Origin: Penicillus capitatus
Taxonomy: Eukaryota > Plantae > Chlorophyta
Assembly: GCA_965649825.1 (NCBI GenBank)
Contig: OZ287702.1
Coordinates: 62,001 to 126,000 of the forward strand
Direction: 5' to 3'
DNA: 64,000 nt
The notes below the pieces were generated by a model. It saw nothing but the letters and a program-made list of their open reading frames with translations, was not told where the DNA came from and did no database searches. The stretch's first letter is position 1. Each line of letters starts with the position of its first letter. Position numbers and translations under genes: made by a program. This document shows, in pieces, positions 12,400-22,877 of the stretch.

Positions 12400-13356
12400 A
12401 GATCTCAAGATAAGGCATTCTTCACGTCATGTCGCACGAACCCGCGGCGTCTGACCCTCTCCACGTGTCCGTGACTTCGTTGCGTTGCCACAAATCCTGG
12501 AAGCGAGGCGTTATTTGACGCATTCTTGAGCTCTGTAGATGACCCAGAGGTGGAGAAAAAAGCTCTGGAACTGAGACATCGACAAGAGCGAACCCCAATT
12601 TCAGTCTTGCGAACTCTTCGTGTGCTCAAAGAGACATTCTGGCAGGATATTGGTTATTACAAACAACACTATCTTTCCATGCGCATCTTCTCCACGGAGC
12701 TATTTCGTCGAAACGAAGAAGTCCTGAACAAGTGGATTGAATACGTGAAGTCCTTCTCTCAAGAAACAAATCCTACAGTTGGAGCGCTGGGCGATGATGC
12801 TACCTTGTCGCTTATACATTCGAACGAGATGGGACAAATCCGCGAAGCGCTCTCGACAACAAATCAGTTATTGAGTCATGTGACAAAGCAAATGTCGGAG
12901 CCGGCAGTGGCCCCCAATCCAACTGGACAGTGCCCTCTGAACAACAGAACGATATCACCTCGGTGCTCCAAGAAGAGAGGACTTCGCCCGCTCAATGGTC
13001 ACGGTTTCATTCTGCAGTCACTTATCTACGAGTTTGCGTTCTTTCTAGAAATGGAAGTGAAGGATGTCGTACACTTGTGGAGAAGTGAGGTGACGATTGA
13101 AGGCGTTCACTTTGAAGGAGGACTACACGCAGTCAGGGAGTCAGATGCTACGAGACCGGTTAAAGAAAGGATGCTCACGAAGGACCAGAGATCATACGTG
13201 AGAAGAATTCAGATTGTTGCTAACAAGGTGGAAGAGTTCGAATGACACATGACTACTGATGAAGCCGTCAGTCAAGTGGAACGCCTGCGACAACAGGGAG
13301 ACAAGAAGCTCGCGATCTGGGAACTGGCGGAGCAGGTCAGCAAGTCAAACACTTGA
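12400..13356 (+). mobile_element. Crypton-like (tyrosine-recombinase DNA transposon) remnant: end of Ndc10-II-like region plus GCR1_C-like domain
   Basis: VLRTLRVLKETFWQDIGYYKQHYLSMRIFSTELF resembles the Crypton/Ndc10-II motif (FLxLLxxLRxVxLQD...HPIF). VKDVVHLWRSEV...RSYVRRIQIVANKVEEFE*HMTTDEAVSQVERLR resembles GCR1_C and has a premature TGA at 13243-13245. Confidence 0.6.
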
Positions 13357-13614
13357 GGACGCAAGAACAATGTGTTTGCTCAAATGCTCATAAATAGAGC
13401 TCTCTGCGGACCTACTGCTCTTTGGATTTCCAGTTTCTATCATTTAAGCTACCTTGCACAAGATTGCAACGCGCCGACGACATTCTCGGTTTGACACATA
13501 CGTCGTGTATCGCAAAAATGAAAGTCCATGAAGGACACTCACTGCCACGTTGAGGCAAATCGCTCAGAAGACGCGTTATGGTAATTGACAAATAATAAAT
13601 TCGTCGATCAAAAA

Positions 13615-14750
13615 ATCAGGCGGTGCGATAGGAAATGAGAAGCTTATGAAGAAGCACCACGTTGTTGTTCTGTCGCTTTTATCCTTCAGCTTTTCAAAAA
13701 TCCATACAAGCCAAGATTGATTATGATCAAAATTGGTCCCTCGGGGGCGGGAGGGCCTATGGCAGCGTACCTGATGTGGTTCACACATACATTTACTCAA
13801 TGTAAAGTCGAGATTTATGCTGGTGTGTTTGGCTCGTATTTAAGCTTTTGGAAGAATCTTCCATGATTGGGGTTTTGCGGCAGAATTCTAAATCTGCTTT
13901 GGTTACTGGTAGGTGGCGGCCGTCGATATTACGCAGTGAAGTAAGTATCACCTCGTTTGCTTTCTTCCTAATTTATAGGCCGTTCGCACGAGAAAATCCA
14001 TCTTTCTGATGGCGCCGAGTGATCTCTCGTGTAGCAGATCACTGTCGAAAATCCCGAGGTATCAATGCTCTCGATCCATTTCTCTTCATCCGACGGCCGT
14101 CGCAAAATCTTCAATTACTCGGGCTGCATAGTGTATTGCACCTGTGTTATCTGAAAACTTTCTTGCTGTACGTAAGGAACTGTGATGGAGTTCGATAGCA
14201 GACTTGAAAGAATCTACAATCCTGCCTCCTCCAAGGTCGCTTCCGAAGCGATCAACCACCCTGATCGATGCGGCTTTGTTATTCGACTTCTTATGTACGG
14301 CCGGAATGTTTTAAAGAAGTCTCTTTACATCGCAAGTTGGCAGAGCAGTTTCTGACATTCTAGGTTTGTTCGTGGATCTCCAGGGAGCTCCGTGACCACA
14401 ATGCGTTCGTGAATTCATCCGCATTTGCTTCCTGTCCCGGTTCAATCTCCATTTCTGCGAGGATCCCTATGTGTGATGCCTCCACCTCGTTCAGTTTCGC
14501 CCACGGACATAGCACAACGACCAGACACTGCGTTGTTAATGTCTTCCTGCGACGACCACTGCAAATCTGAGAGAGCACAAACAAACAAGAGGGTGATCTC
14601 GCAACTGCAACAGAGCAAAAGGGTAGATGCATTGTGACCGAGCAACGGTCCTGAAGGGATGCATATCTTTCCGCTCGAGTGCTCGCCTCAGGGCGTCTTC
14701 CATGCATGGCTCCGGAAGGACGCGTCCTTACCTCCGCTGTCGAGATTCGT
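13615..14750 (-). pseudogene. Decayed OPR (octotricopeptide-like) repeat / possible RAP-domain gene
   Basis: After splicing it reads ...RKTLTTQCLVVVLCPWAKL...EANADEFTNALWSRSSL, two xxQxLxxxLWxxAKL-like motifs 37 aa apart. Downstream are stops and frameshifts, ending ...EKLKDK...LLHKLLISYRTA*. Confidence 0.45.
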
Positions 14751-15495
14751 CGAGCAGTGCAATGGAATGCACGATGGAAGCGACCATGCGCACAGCAAAT
14801 CGAGCGAGAGTCGCAGAACAGACAAAATCGTCGCAGAACGATGCTCGTCGACGACGCGACGCGATCGCATGGACTCGACGGTTCGACTCCGAAACTTCCG
14901 CTTGGATCCGACAGGGTTTGGGGGTGGCGCAAAACGCCTTCAAAAATTGGATACGTATCCGGAGGTAATTTTGGCGCCGCAGATGCGGGGGTGCGAGAGT
15001 CCTCATGCCGGCGCAGACTCGATCGCTCGTGAGAGCGAGAGGGATCGATGCGCCAGCGAAGCCTCGATCGCGGGCGAGAGTCCTCGATGCCGAAGCAGAA
15101 GCCTCGATCGCCGCAGCGAGAGTCCTCATGCCGGCGCAGACTCGATCGCTCGTGAGAGCGAGAGGGCTCGATGCGCCGGCCGAAGCCTCGATCGCTGGCC
15201 CCGCGTTGACGAACGAAGTCGATCGTCAAGCGGCGCAAAATCTGCACCACGGCCGGACATTTATGTCGGCGAAGCGAACTTCCGCTTGCGTCCGACAGGG
15301 TGTATGTGACTCGTCCGATGTGACAGTCACTTCAGAGTTCGCAGTCCCATCGTCGACGCGACGTTCGCATGCCTGCGCGACCCACACAGATGACGAACTC
15401 GCCGCCGTTCGTTCGGAAAGATGCCGTTCCCGAGAGCGAAGACGGCGACGACGAACCACTGTTCGAATTGGACATTGAGGAGTCCGACGCCGTAA
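14231..15495. repeat. Segmental duplication, copy 1 (about 1.27 kb; partner at 54149-55460)
   Basis: The two copies are colinear, same-orientation and nearly identical (roughly 90% or more by eye), from CCAAG(G/A)TCGC to GAGTCCGACGCCGTAA. Confidence 0.95.
14993..15197. repeat. Degenerate 41-bp minisatellite, 5 units in A-B-C-A-B order (123-bp higher-order repeat)
   Basis: GCGAGAGTCCTC recurs at 14993, 15075 and 15116. GAAGCCTCGATCGC recurs at about 15058, 15099 and 15182. GCGAGAGTCCTCATGCCGGCGCAGACTCGATCGCTCGTGAGAGCGAGAGG is repeated 123 bp apart. Confidence 0.85.
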
Positions 15496-17529
15496 AGACG
15501 AAACTTTCGTCCTCGGACGATCTCCTTCTTCGACCTTTTCGTGGATGGCAGGAAGAAGCCGGGTCCGACGCATCCCAGATGGAAAGCAGCATGGATTCGG
15601 AACCCTTCCAATCCCGCGATGCGGATTCTGAGATCGATCTCGATCTCGAAGCGGATAGACCGGGAGAGATTGGCTTATGTCGTTTCCATTGGAACACTCT
15701 AGCCAGTTACACGGATCATTGCTTTAGTGGCCCAGCAGGCGAAGGTTTTGAGGAGGGAACTGGAGCGGACACGGACATCTGAGGATGAGAGCGAAGATGT
15801 TGCCGAGGACAGTCGTCTGCGATGGGGAAATCGTCGACAGTTCTACGGAACGAACGAACACGAAAAGCAGGCAGCTGTGGATTCCATCTGTGTGTTGTCG
15901 TGACCGCAGAGTTCGATTATTAGGGCGAGGACATGATAGAAGACCTAGAAGAGACGCTCAAGCTTCAGAGAGTCGAACTGGAGCAGCTACGCGATGCAGA
16001 TTTCGACATTCCGACGGCAGATGCAACACAAGATCTGCCGACAGGTATCGATGAGGAAAGGCCAGATGCTGTCTCGGATGGCGCCGATGGATTGACTTCC
16101 CTCTGCAAGGGTCTTAAAGAGAGTCTCGATGAAGTGCGATTCAAAATCGGTCCATTGCTTGCGGAGGTGCGTTTCCATTTACCATCGCTTCTGTCCGTTC
16201 GTTGACTCTGGCGCACAGGCGAAGAAAGGAGGTCTGTGCACAGAGCAAGGACTGAGCTACTCTGAGGCGAAGCACCTGTTGCTCCTGCACTATTGTCAGT
16301 GTCTTGTCTTCTACGTTCTACTGAAGCTGGAAGGCGGATCTGTGAAAGATCATCCGGCAGTGCTCAGACTCGTCGAGATTCGCGCGTACTTGGAGAAGCT
16401 TCGTCCGTTGGAGGCTCGACTGCAGCCTCAAGTCGACAAGCTACTCAGAGCAGTTTCTGTGGCAGCACGAACAACTGAAGGTGCGTCGTCTGTCGAGATG
16501 TCGTTGCCAACATCTGACCGGTGTGTGTCTCTCCCATCCAGACGCAGACGAAGAGGAAGAGAGTCTGGCTCCACGCCCCGGAGAGCTTGTGCCCAGGATT
16601 GGAGATGGGGACGGAGCGTACCGGCCGCCAAAGTTGCATCCGGTGTCCATGGGCGACGAGATGACAAGAAAGAGGCGAAAGAGCAAACGGCAGAAGAAGG
16701 AAGCTGCTGAAGATGCCATGGTTCTGCTTCCGTCCTCACACGAGCATGACGGCGATCTTCTCAGGTTTCGGAAGTGGTCCGCGAGTGGACAGGCGCCCCC
16801 GAAGAGATCTCTTCCAGCATAACAGCGGCAGACCGAATGAAATCGATATTGACAGAGAGGCGCGAGGCGGACTGGGCAGAGCTCGGAGAAGAGGCCTCTC
16901 TCAGTCGGCGCAACGAGAGCAGAGAGACGAAGAAACGAACGGTTTCTCATAAGCGATCTGACAGTGGTGGCATGACGCCTGCTGGCATGTAGGCACAGGG
17001 AAAACCGAGTGCATTTGGTGGCGTCTCTTTCGAGGACTTCGCCGCCGATATGCAGAGCACCATCGACGCCATTCAGGACGCAACGAAAGAGAGTCGCTTT
17101 GGTGTTGATGTCGAGAAGCAGACGGTTCCTTCAGGAGATGGCGACCTTCCTTTTCGCCATCCAAAACAGCGAGACGTCGCTGTCTCGAACGCGATCGTTC
17201 TGGATGCCGACGTCGAGAAGGAGCCGCCGCCGGCGTCGAAGAAGCTAAAGAAGATTTCCGAAAAGCGCACGTCTCATCCACCAAAGCTCGTGAAGAAGAC
17301 AACAGGTCGCCGAGCCATCTCAGACGTCATACAAAAGAATCGAGGCCTGACGCCATTTCGCACGAGAGATCGCAAAAACCCGAGACGACGCCATCGTCTG
17401 CAGTTCGAAGTGAAGGAGAAAAGACGCAAAGGACAGCAGCAGCCATCGTTTTCGAAAGCGCCTGATCACTATGGCGGCGAAACGACGGGCATCAGCAAGC
17501 GTGTGAAGAAGAGTGTCAGATTCGCTTAA
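15263..17529 (+). CDS. SAS10: SAS10/UTP3-family SSU processome protein with NGDN/Lcp5-like central region (start uncertain)
   Basis: Acidic N-terminus, Sas10/Utp3/C1D domain (GLSYSEAKHLLLLHYCQCLVFYVLLKLEGGSVKDHPAVLRLVEI) and Sas10 C-terminal domain (RRAISDVIQKNRGLTP...YGGETTGISKRVKKSVRF). Confidence 0.85.
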
Positions 17530-17620
17530 TTTGCATTTTGCTCTTTCGCCTATCCTGCGTTTTCCCAGCCTCGTTGTTACGTACAGAATTCGAAATCGTT
17601 GACGGGTTCCATTTCTTAAT

Positions 17621-18487
17621 GTGCGACATGTGGCGCTTCTTGTTTTGGTGCGCATGGATGTGCAGCGTTGGCTTTGCGCAGTCGAGGACATTGCGGTCGA
17701 CGGAGATAGGTATCGTCTATCGTATTGGCGTTGCAGCCGATGCGTTTTCGCAGTGGAACAGGAAAATACAGGACATCGACACGAAGAGATTTTTCTGCCG
17801 CTTAGCGTCGTCGAACACGGCACTGTTGAAGGACTCCTTATTGACGATATGGAACCGGAAAAGGGCCCTCTGGTGATCGAAGAGATTATCGACGATACAG
17901 GAATGATCACCAACGTTATCATCGAACGCGCGAGTGACCTCTCTGTCGAAAATCTCGAGAAATCCAAGCGCATGAACCGCAAAATCGGCTTAGTTGATGA
18001 AATGCCGCCGCCATCTGAAAAAGTGATTAAAGGAGACGAGCGGCGCAATCGCAGTTGGCTACTGCTCGTCGTTTTGCTCGTAACTGTGGCATTCAGCATG
18101 GGCTTTGTTTTATCGGTAAGTCTATACGGCACCTTCTCCAAACGACGTCGATGCAATGTGCCTGAAAGCGGATCTTTAGGTTTTCTTTATCAACCATTTG
18201 CCAATGTCCTTTGGTGGCACCGTTGTTACTCGCAAGCAACGCCTTGGCTTAAACAAGAAGCTGTCGATGAGGCCAAAGCCATGGAGAGAAGAAGAACATC
18301 ACCTTTACAGTCCCATCAAAAGCCCAGTGCGCACTCCTTCGCATCGAACGGGGAAGAAAACAGTTCTGTTTCCCGCACTGCACGAGACCGAAATCGAGAG
18401 AAGTGTCTAATTGTCTACCTTGTATCTTGTTTTTTGCACACACCCTTTTGGCACCACATCCCATCTCTCTTTTCCCTTTCGCTATGA
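17621..18487 (+). CDS. Hypothetical single-pass membrane protein, intronless
   Basis: A 288-aa ORF has an acidic region followed by the TM helix SWLLLVVLLVTVAFSMGFVLSVSLYG and basic KRRR. Confidence 0.55.
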   Translation: MRHVALLVLVRMDVQRWLCAVEDIAVDGDRYRLSYWRCSRCVFAVEQENTGHRHEEIFLPLSVVEHGTVEGLLIDDMEPEKGPLVIEEIIDDTGMITNVIIERASDLSVENLEKSKRMNRKIGLVDEMPPPSEKVIKGDERRNRSWLLLVVLLVTVAFSMGFVLSVSLYGTFSKRRRCNVPESGSLGFLYQPFANVLWWHRCYSQATPWLKQEAVDEAKAMERRRTSPLQSHQKPSAHSFASNGEENSSVSRTARDRNREKCLIVYLVSCFLHTPFWHHIPSLFSLSL

Positions 18488-18674
18488 GATTCGAACACGC
18501 GTCGACATCCGACCGTCAACGCATGTCCAGAAATGTCGCTGTCAACCGTAGGTTTTCGCTACGGTCTTTGCCCACATGCGTGGACTTCTGTCTATCATGC
18601 GCTGCCGTGTTTTCTTCTGTGATAATCTTTCAGGAAAAGACGACGCCATCTGGCCTCCTGTCGTTTTGTCGACA

Positions 18675-18735
18675 GCGACGTGTACTCGAACAGCGTTGAC
18701 GCGACGTGTACTCAAACAGCGTTGACGCGACGTGT
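18675..18735. repeat. 26-bp tandem repeat, about 2.3 copies
   Basis: GCGACGTGTACTCGAACAGCGTTGAC, GCGACGTGTACTCAAACAGCGTTGAC, then partial GCGACGTG. Confidence 0.9.
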
Positions 18736-18764
18736 GTATTATCTCTCCCCCGAGTGCCACTGCG

Positions 18765-20514
18765 ATGGGCGTTGATTGGAGTGCGCAGAATCAACAGATG
18801 CTAGACGAAATCGATAGAGACTTTCAAGAAGTGCGTCTCCCATTCCATACGACACTAGATCTTGCAGGGTTGACCGTCCACACTAATTTAGGCCAAATCC
18901 GAGACGATGGCCACGGGGGTTGGAATTCAATTGCTCAAGTTTGGCTACACCGACGCATCTCTGACCAATCTTGACTGGTCGTTCGTTTCGGCAAACGCTC
19001 TTCCCCGTTTCTACGACGCTAACGAGGATTCACCTTCAAAACCGACGACCAATTGGCGACTCGAGATTGAGGCCGGTGATATCGACGCGGAGGTGGCACA
19101 TAGTTTAGAACTGCTTGGAGATAGGCAAGCACAGAGGGTGACATTTCGCTGCGGCGACGCATGGGCTCTCAAATTTCCCAACGCCAAATCTTACATGCAT
19201 TTTTGGAATGACTACAACAACAAGCTCTTCGAAAACATCTACGGCGCAACGAACACTCAAGCCAATCGCGAGGAACACCTTGGACGCGATTTCGCCTCGA
19301 AACTCTTCACAGAAGATGAGAAGGAGGAAGACATGGATTGGCAAGAAGAAGTTATAGAAGATGACGTCAAGCAAGAAGATGCCAGACACGATACAAACGC
19401 AAAAGATCCTCTCGTGGGTGATAAAGACATTTCTCTGATCAAGCTGGGCATCGGTAACAAGAGCTACAGCGTCCGCGGGCAGAACGTTTCCGTACTGCAG
19501 AACATATCGTCTGGTGTGGAAGACACGGGACAGGATTTCACTCTGTGCAAACCAGACGGTACAGTGGTGAAGCCATCGGTCGTGATGCTTGCCGACTGTG
19601 AGCGGAAGATGGGCATGTTGCACGAAGGCGATGCGCATTCTCTGCTTTATGCAGATGTGGAATCTGGAAAAGTGGTGCAGGAATGTCGATTCAAGAAGGA
19701 CGATGTCGACATTCCGATGACAGAGATCGTGGCAGAGACCAAGAGTGCTCCTGCCGAAGATCGATCCACGTTCCTGAGTTACGATCGAAATCGATTGTGT
19801 CGATGGGATATGCGTGATCCAACAGGCATTGTGCAACAGCATGAACCGGCATTGGATTTTATTGGCGGCAAAGACTATGCTCAGTATACAAACTTTACAA
19901 GCATGGCGTCGACGGGAGATGGATCCGTAGTGGTGGGATCTGCCGATGGCAAGATTCGTTTGTACAGCAATAAACTCACGCTGAAACGTGCATCGACGGC
20001 CTTCCCAGGAATTGGGACACCTATTACACATATTGATGTGACGTATGATGGCAAATGGGTCATTGCAACAACCGATCACTTTATTGAGATTATCAAGACG
20101 ACGGCAAAAGATGCCGACGGAAAATCAGTAGAAGGGTATCGTAAATCCCTGGCATCGCTCGCCACTCGGCCGAAGCTTCTCAAACTGAAACCAGAGGACA
20201 CTATACGAACGGGCCATGCCCCTTTGAGGAAAGGCAGATTTACATTTGTGACTGAAGCCAGTCATCAAGAACGGTGGATCGTTGCCACCTGCGGAAGCTA
20301 TTCTGTTCTGTGGAACTTTCGTCAGGTGAAGATGATGACCAACGATCATCGTGCAAGTGGAGGATTGCCAACATGTGTGGCCTATCATTTGGTGTGCAAG
20401 GATGAACCTGTCGTCGATTCTTGTTTCTCGCATGAATCACGTCAATCTGGAAGCCAGTCGGAAGCTGCCTTAGTTGTGGCAACGCAGCACAAAGTGTGGT
20501 CGTTTTATGATTAG
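18765..20514 (+). CDS. VID27: VID27/CYPRO4-like protein (PH-like plus WD40-like domain)
   Basis: NRLCRWDMRDPTGIVQ, TNFTSMASTGDGSVVVGSADGKIRLYS and ASTAFPGIGTPITHIDVTYDGKWVIATTD are diagnostic. Confidence 0.9.
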
Positions 20515-20563
20515 TGCATGACTTTGAGTGAGGACAAGGCAAAATGAGAATGATGGATGATAT

Positions 20564-21036
20564 TTAAGGAGATCCAAAGAGGTCTGGCCTCCAATATCCT
20601 TGCAGACTGTATAGGGTTGTCTTGTGACGTTTGATGGCCCTTTTCGACGGTCGTCCATACGAGTCTCGCAATCTCTGGACACGCTCCAGAATCCTAAGCG
20701 CGTCGAGATTTTTCACCTCCACCTTCTTCACCAAGTTCTTCCCTGAAAGAGACATGTTCACGATGTCTCTGCATGGATGGATGGATGGATAGGCGAGACG
20801 CACGATAGGTTGCCTCCAGCCACGGATGTCCGGCACGCTCTTCTGCGACGATATCAAACTGTGGATTCTGCTGACGAAATTGAGGAAGGTAGTTTCCAAC
20901 AAAGTCCCTGAGCGAGTCGATCAGGAGTGAATCGAGGACATGCATGATGTATGTACCTAGCACCGCGAGAACTGCCGCTCCTGTTAGAGTAAACGACGCG
21001 GAGACGCAGGAGTTGCCATACGCCATAAAGTGACAT
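20564..21036 (-). CDS. MRPL43: Mitochondrial ribosomal protein L43 (L51/S25/CI-B8 domain)
   Basis: MSLYGVWQLLRLRVVYSNRSGSSRGAR/DFV...LPQFRQQNPQ...GHPWLEATY...SLQGYW. Confidence 0.9.
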
Positions 21037-21107
21037 CGTGCGAACAGAATGCAATGCATGAGTGATATCAAAGACGTGACGTCCCTTTGACGATTCCTTT
21101 GACAGCG

Positions 21108-22869
21108 ATGATGGCAGGACGCATGGCTGTACTTTCGTCTTCAGATCTGCAACGCATGCAGAGTCCAGTCGAATGCATTTTTCTTATTATTGTCGTCGCA
21201 CGCAGTCTGTGCATCATCGTAGTTGGAAGAATCAGGCGTCCAGGACTCAAGTAGTAGGAGAAGGGAACTGAAGAGTCTGTGCGATGCACGGGTTTCTCAA
21301 TGGACGAATACTTCTCAAGTGGAGAATTCAATGTTCTGACTATGGCGTCAATTGCTGTTGGTTTCAAAGGTCCTCGGACAAAAAGAAGAAGAAATGAAGA
21401 TTTCAGCAGAGCTTCGAGAGATGCAGCAACTCAAAGAGGTGTCTTCCTGTGAAAAAAGCCGTCATGCACAGGGCCAGATGGAGCACAGGAAGACGAAAAG
21501 GATGCCGCTCAAAGGGAGGAACAGAGATGTGCGACCGTGTGCGCTGCGGCAGAAAGACTGTTCGCTGAAAGCGATCATATTCGATCCATTCGATCGAAGC
21601 TGCTTCTGTGCGATGTTGCGCATCACTGGGAGGCACAGATCCGTCATAAGAATAAAGTGCAGTGTGCGAGAGTCGAAAGAGAGAAACAGGCCGCGGCCGA
21701 TCGACTCAAGAAGACAGAGGTCGCTATTGCAGATGTTCGTGGCCGAGAACTGTAGAATCGGCCATTCTTTAGGAATTGGACGAGAAGGAGCTGTCTAGAT
21801 TTCGAGATCGGCAAAAAGGTTTTGCGAAATTGAAGAGTGAACAAATGCAACAGCTTCAGGAACTGAAACTCCAACTGCAGTCGGAGAGGCCAGCAACACA
21901 TTTTCATCAGTTTCTCTTTCGAGTGAGCGTGTCGTTGGTGTTTAGAGATCAAAAGAAGAAAGACGCCGCAGAGCTGCAACGTCTTCAGGAAGAAGAGGTC
22001 GAAAGAGTCAAAGCAGAAGCACTGACAAAAATGGCCGCTAAGAAACAAAAGTATCGAGAATTCGAGGAGATGAAGGCGCAGCTCGAGCAAGAAAGAAGAG
22101 AAGAGCAGGAAAAGGAAGCACAACTGGAACGAGATGTCAAAGGTATATCTCACACACATGTCGTCCGATATGTGCAGCTTCTGCCTCAGAGTATGCACTT
22201 AAGAAAGAAACGGAGTTAGCAGAGATGAGACGAACGGAGAGGGAGAAGAGGACAGAGAAAGCGCAACGAGCGAGCAAGATGGTCGAACGACTGGAAGACT
22301 ATCTGATCAAGGAACGCGAGAAGAAGGATTCTCAGTTGGAAAAACTGATGTCTGAATCAGCAGAAAGCGTCGATGCCAAAGCTAAAGGCAAGAGAAGCCA
22401 CCAAGAACAGATTCTCCAGAGCTTAAAACAATCGTGGCATCAACAGCTTCAAATGAGAGAAGAAGAGCGAGAACTTCAAAAACGAGAAGAACAGCGAGAA
22501 GTGCAAGTACATCACACGTGTTGGGGGATGCCATATGCTCCCGTCTCTCTCTAGAGAATCTTGGACATCGAGGAAGAATCGCGTAGACGTGAAGAGGAGA
22601 GAGCATCCATCAAGAAATCGAGGAACAAGGCACATCAAGCGTTCCTATTGCATCAGATGGATCAGAAAAACAAAAAGAAGGAACAAGAGATGGCTGAATC
22701 CGTTACAGAGATGTGTGCTATCATGCAATCGATCGAAGAAAATGATCGGCGTGTCGATGACTACATCCAGAACACGCGTTCTCAGCTTCGTCATCTCGGT
22801 ATCCCTACGACAGGCATCATGGACGACAAGGCGCTGACGAGACAAGGAAGATCTCCGACATCACGCTGA
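21108..22869 (+). CDS. Trichohyalin-plectin-homology coiled-coil axonemal protein, CFAP210/CCDC173-like
   Basis: VLSSSDLQRMQ, VSQWTNT and LFAESDHIRSIRSKLLLCDVAHHWEAQIRHK, followed by a long E/K/R/Q coiled coil over several exons. Confidence 0.65.
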
Positions 22870-22877
22870 AACGCTGC

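Noticed and set aside
11094-13356. One DIRS-like element (RT plus tyrosine-recombinase-associated domain)
   Set aside because: The RT is non-LTR type and on the opposite strand, with no ITRs, split repeats or RNase H. Two adjacent remnants explain it better.
13941-13978. Perfect-looking plus-strand intron (GTAAGT…TTTATAG)
   Set aside because: Flanking frames close quickly in all phases, so no plus-strand gene could be built.
14993-15197. CRISPR-like array (regularly spaced repeats)
   Set aside because: The units are contiguous degenerate tandem repeats with no unique spacers and no cas genes, and the context is eukaryotic. The same applies to the 26-bp repeat at 18675.
14360-15478. Several long overlapping ORFs on both strands (also 54544-55416)
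   Set aside because: They arise from stop-poor GC-rich minisatellite sequence. Only the OPR-like segment and the SAS10 start look protein-like.
15913-15926. Apparent in-frame TAG in SAS10 (EFDY*GED), suggesting a pseudogene
   Set aside because: The TAG works as a splice acceptor (GCT|GTGGAT…TATTAG|GGC), which restores the frame.
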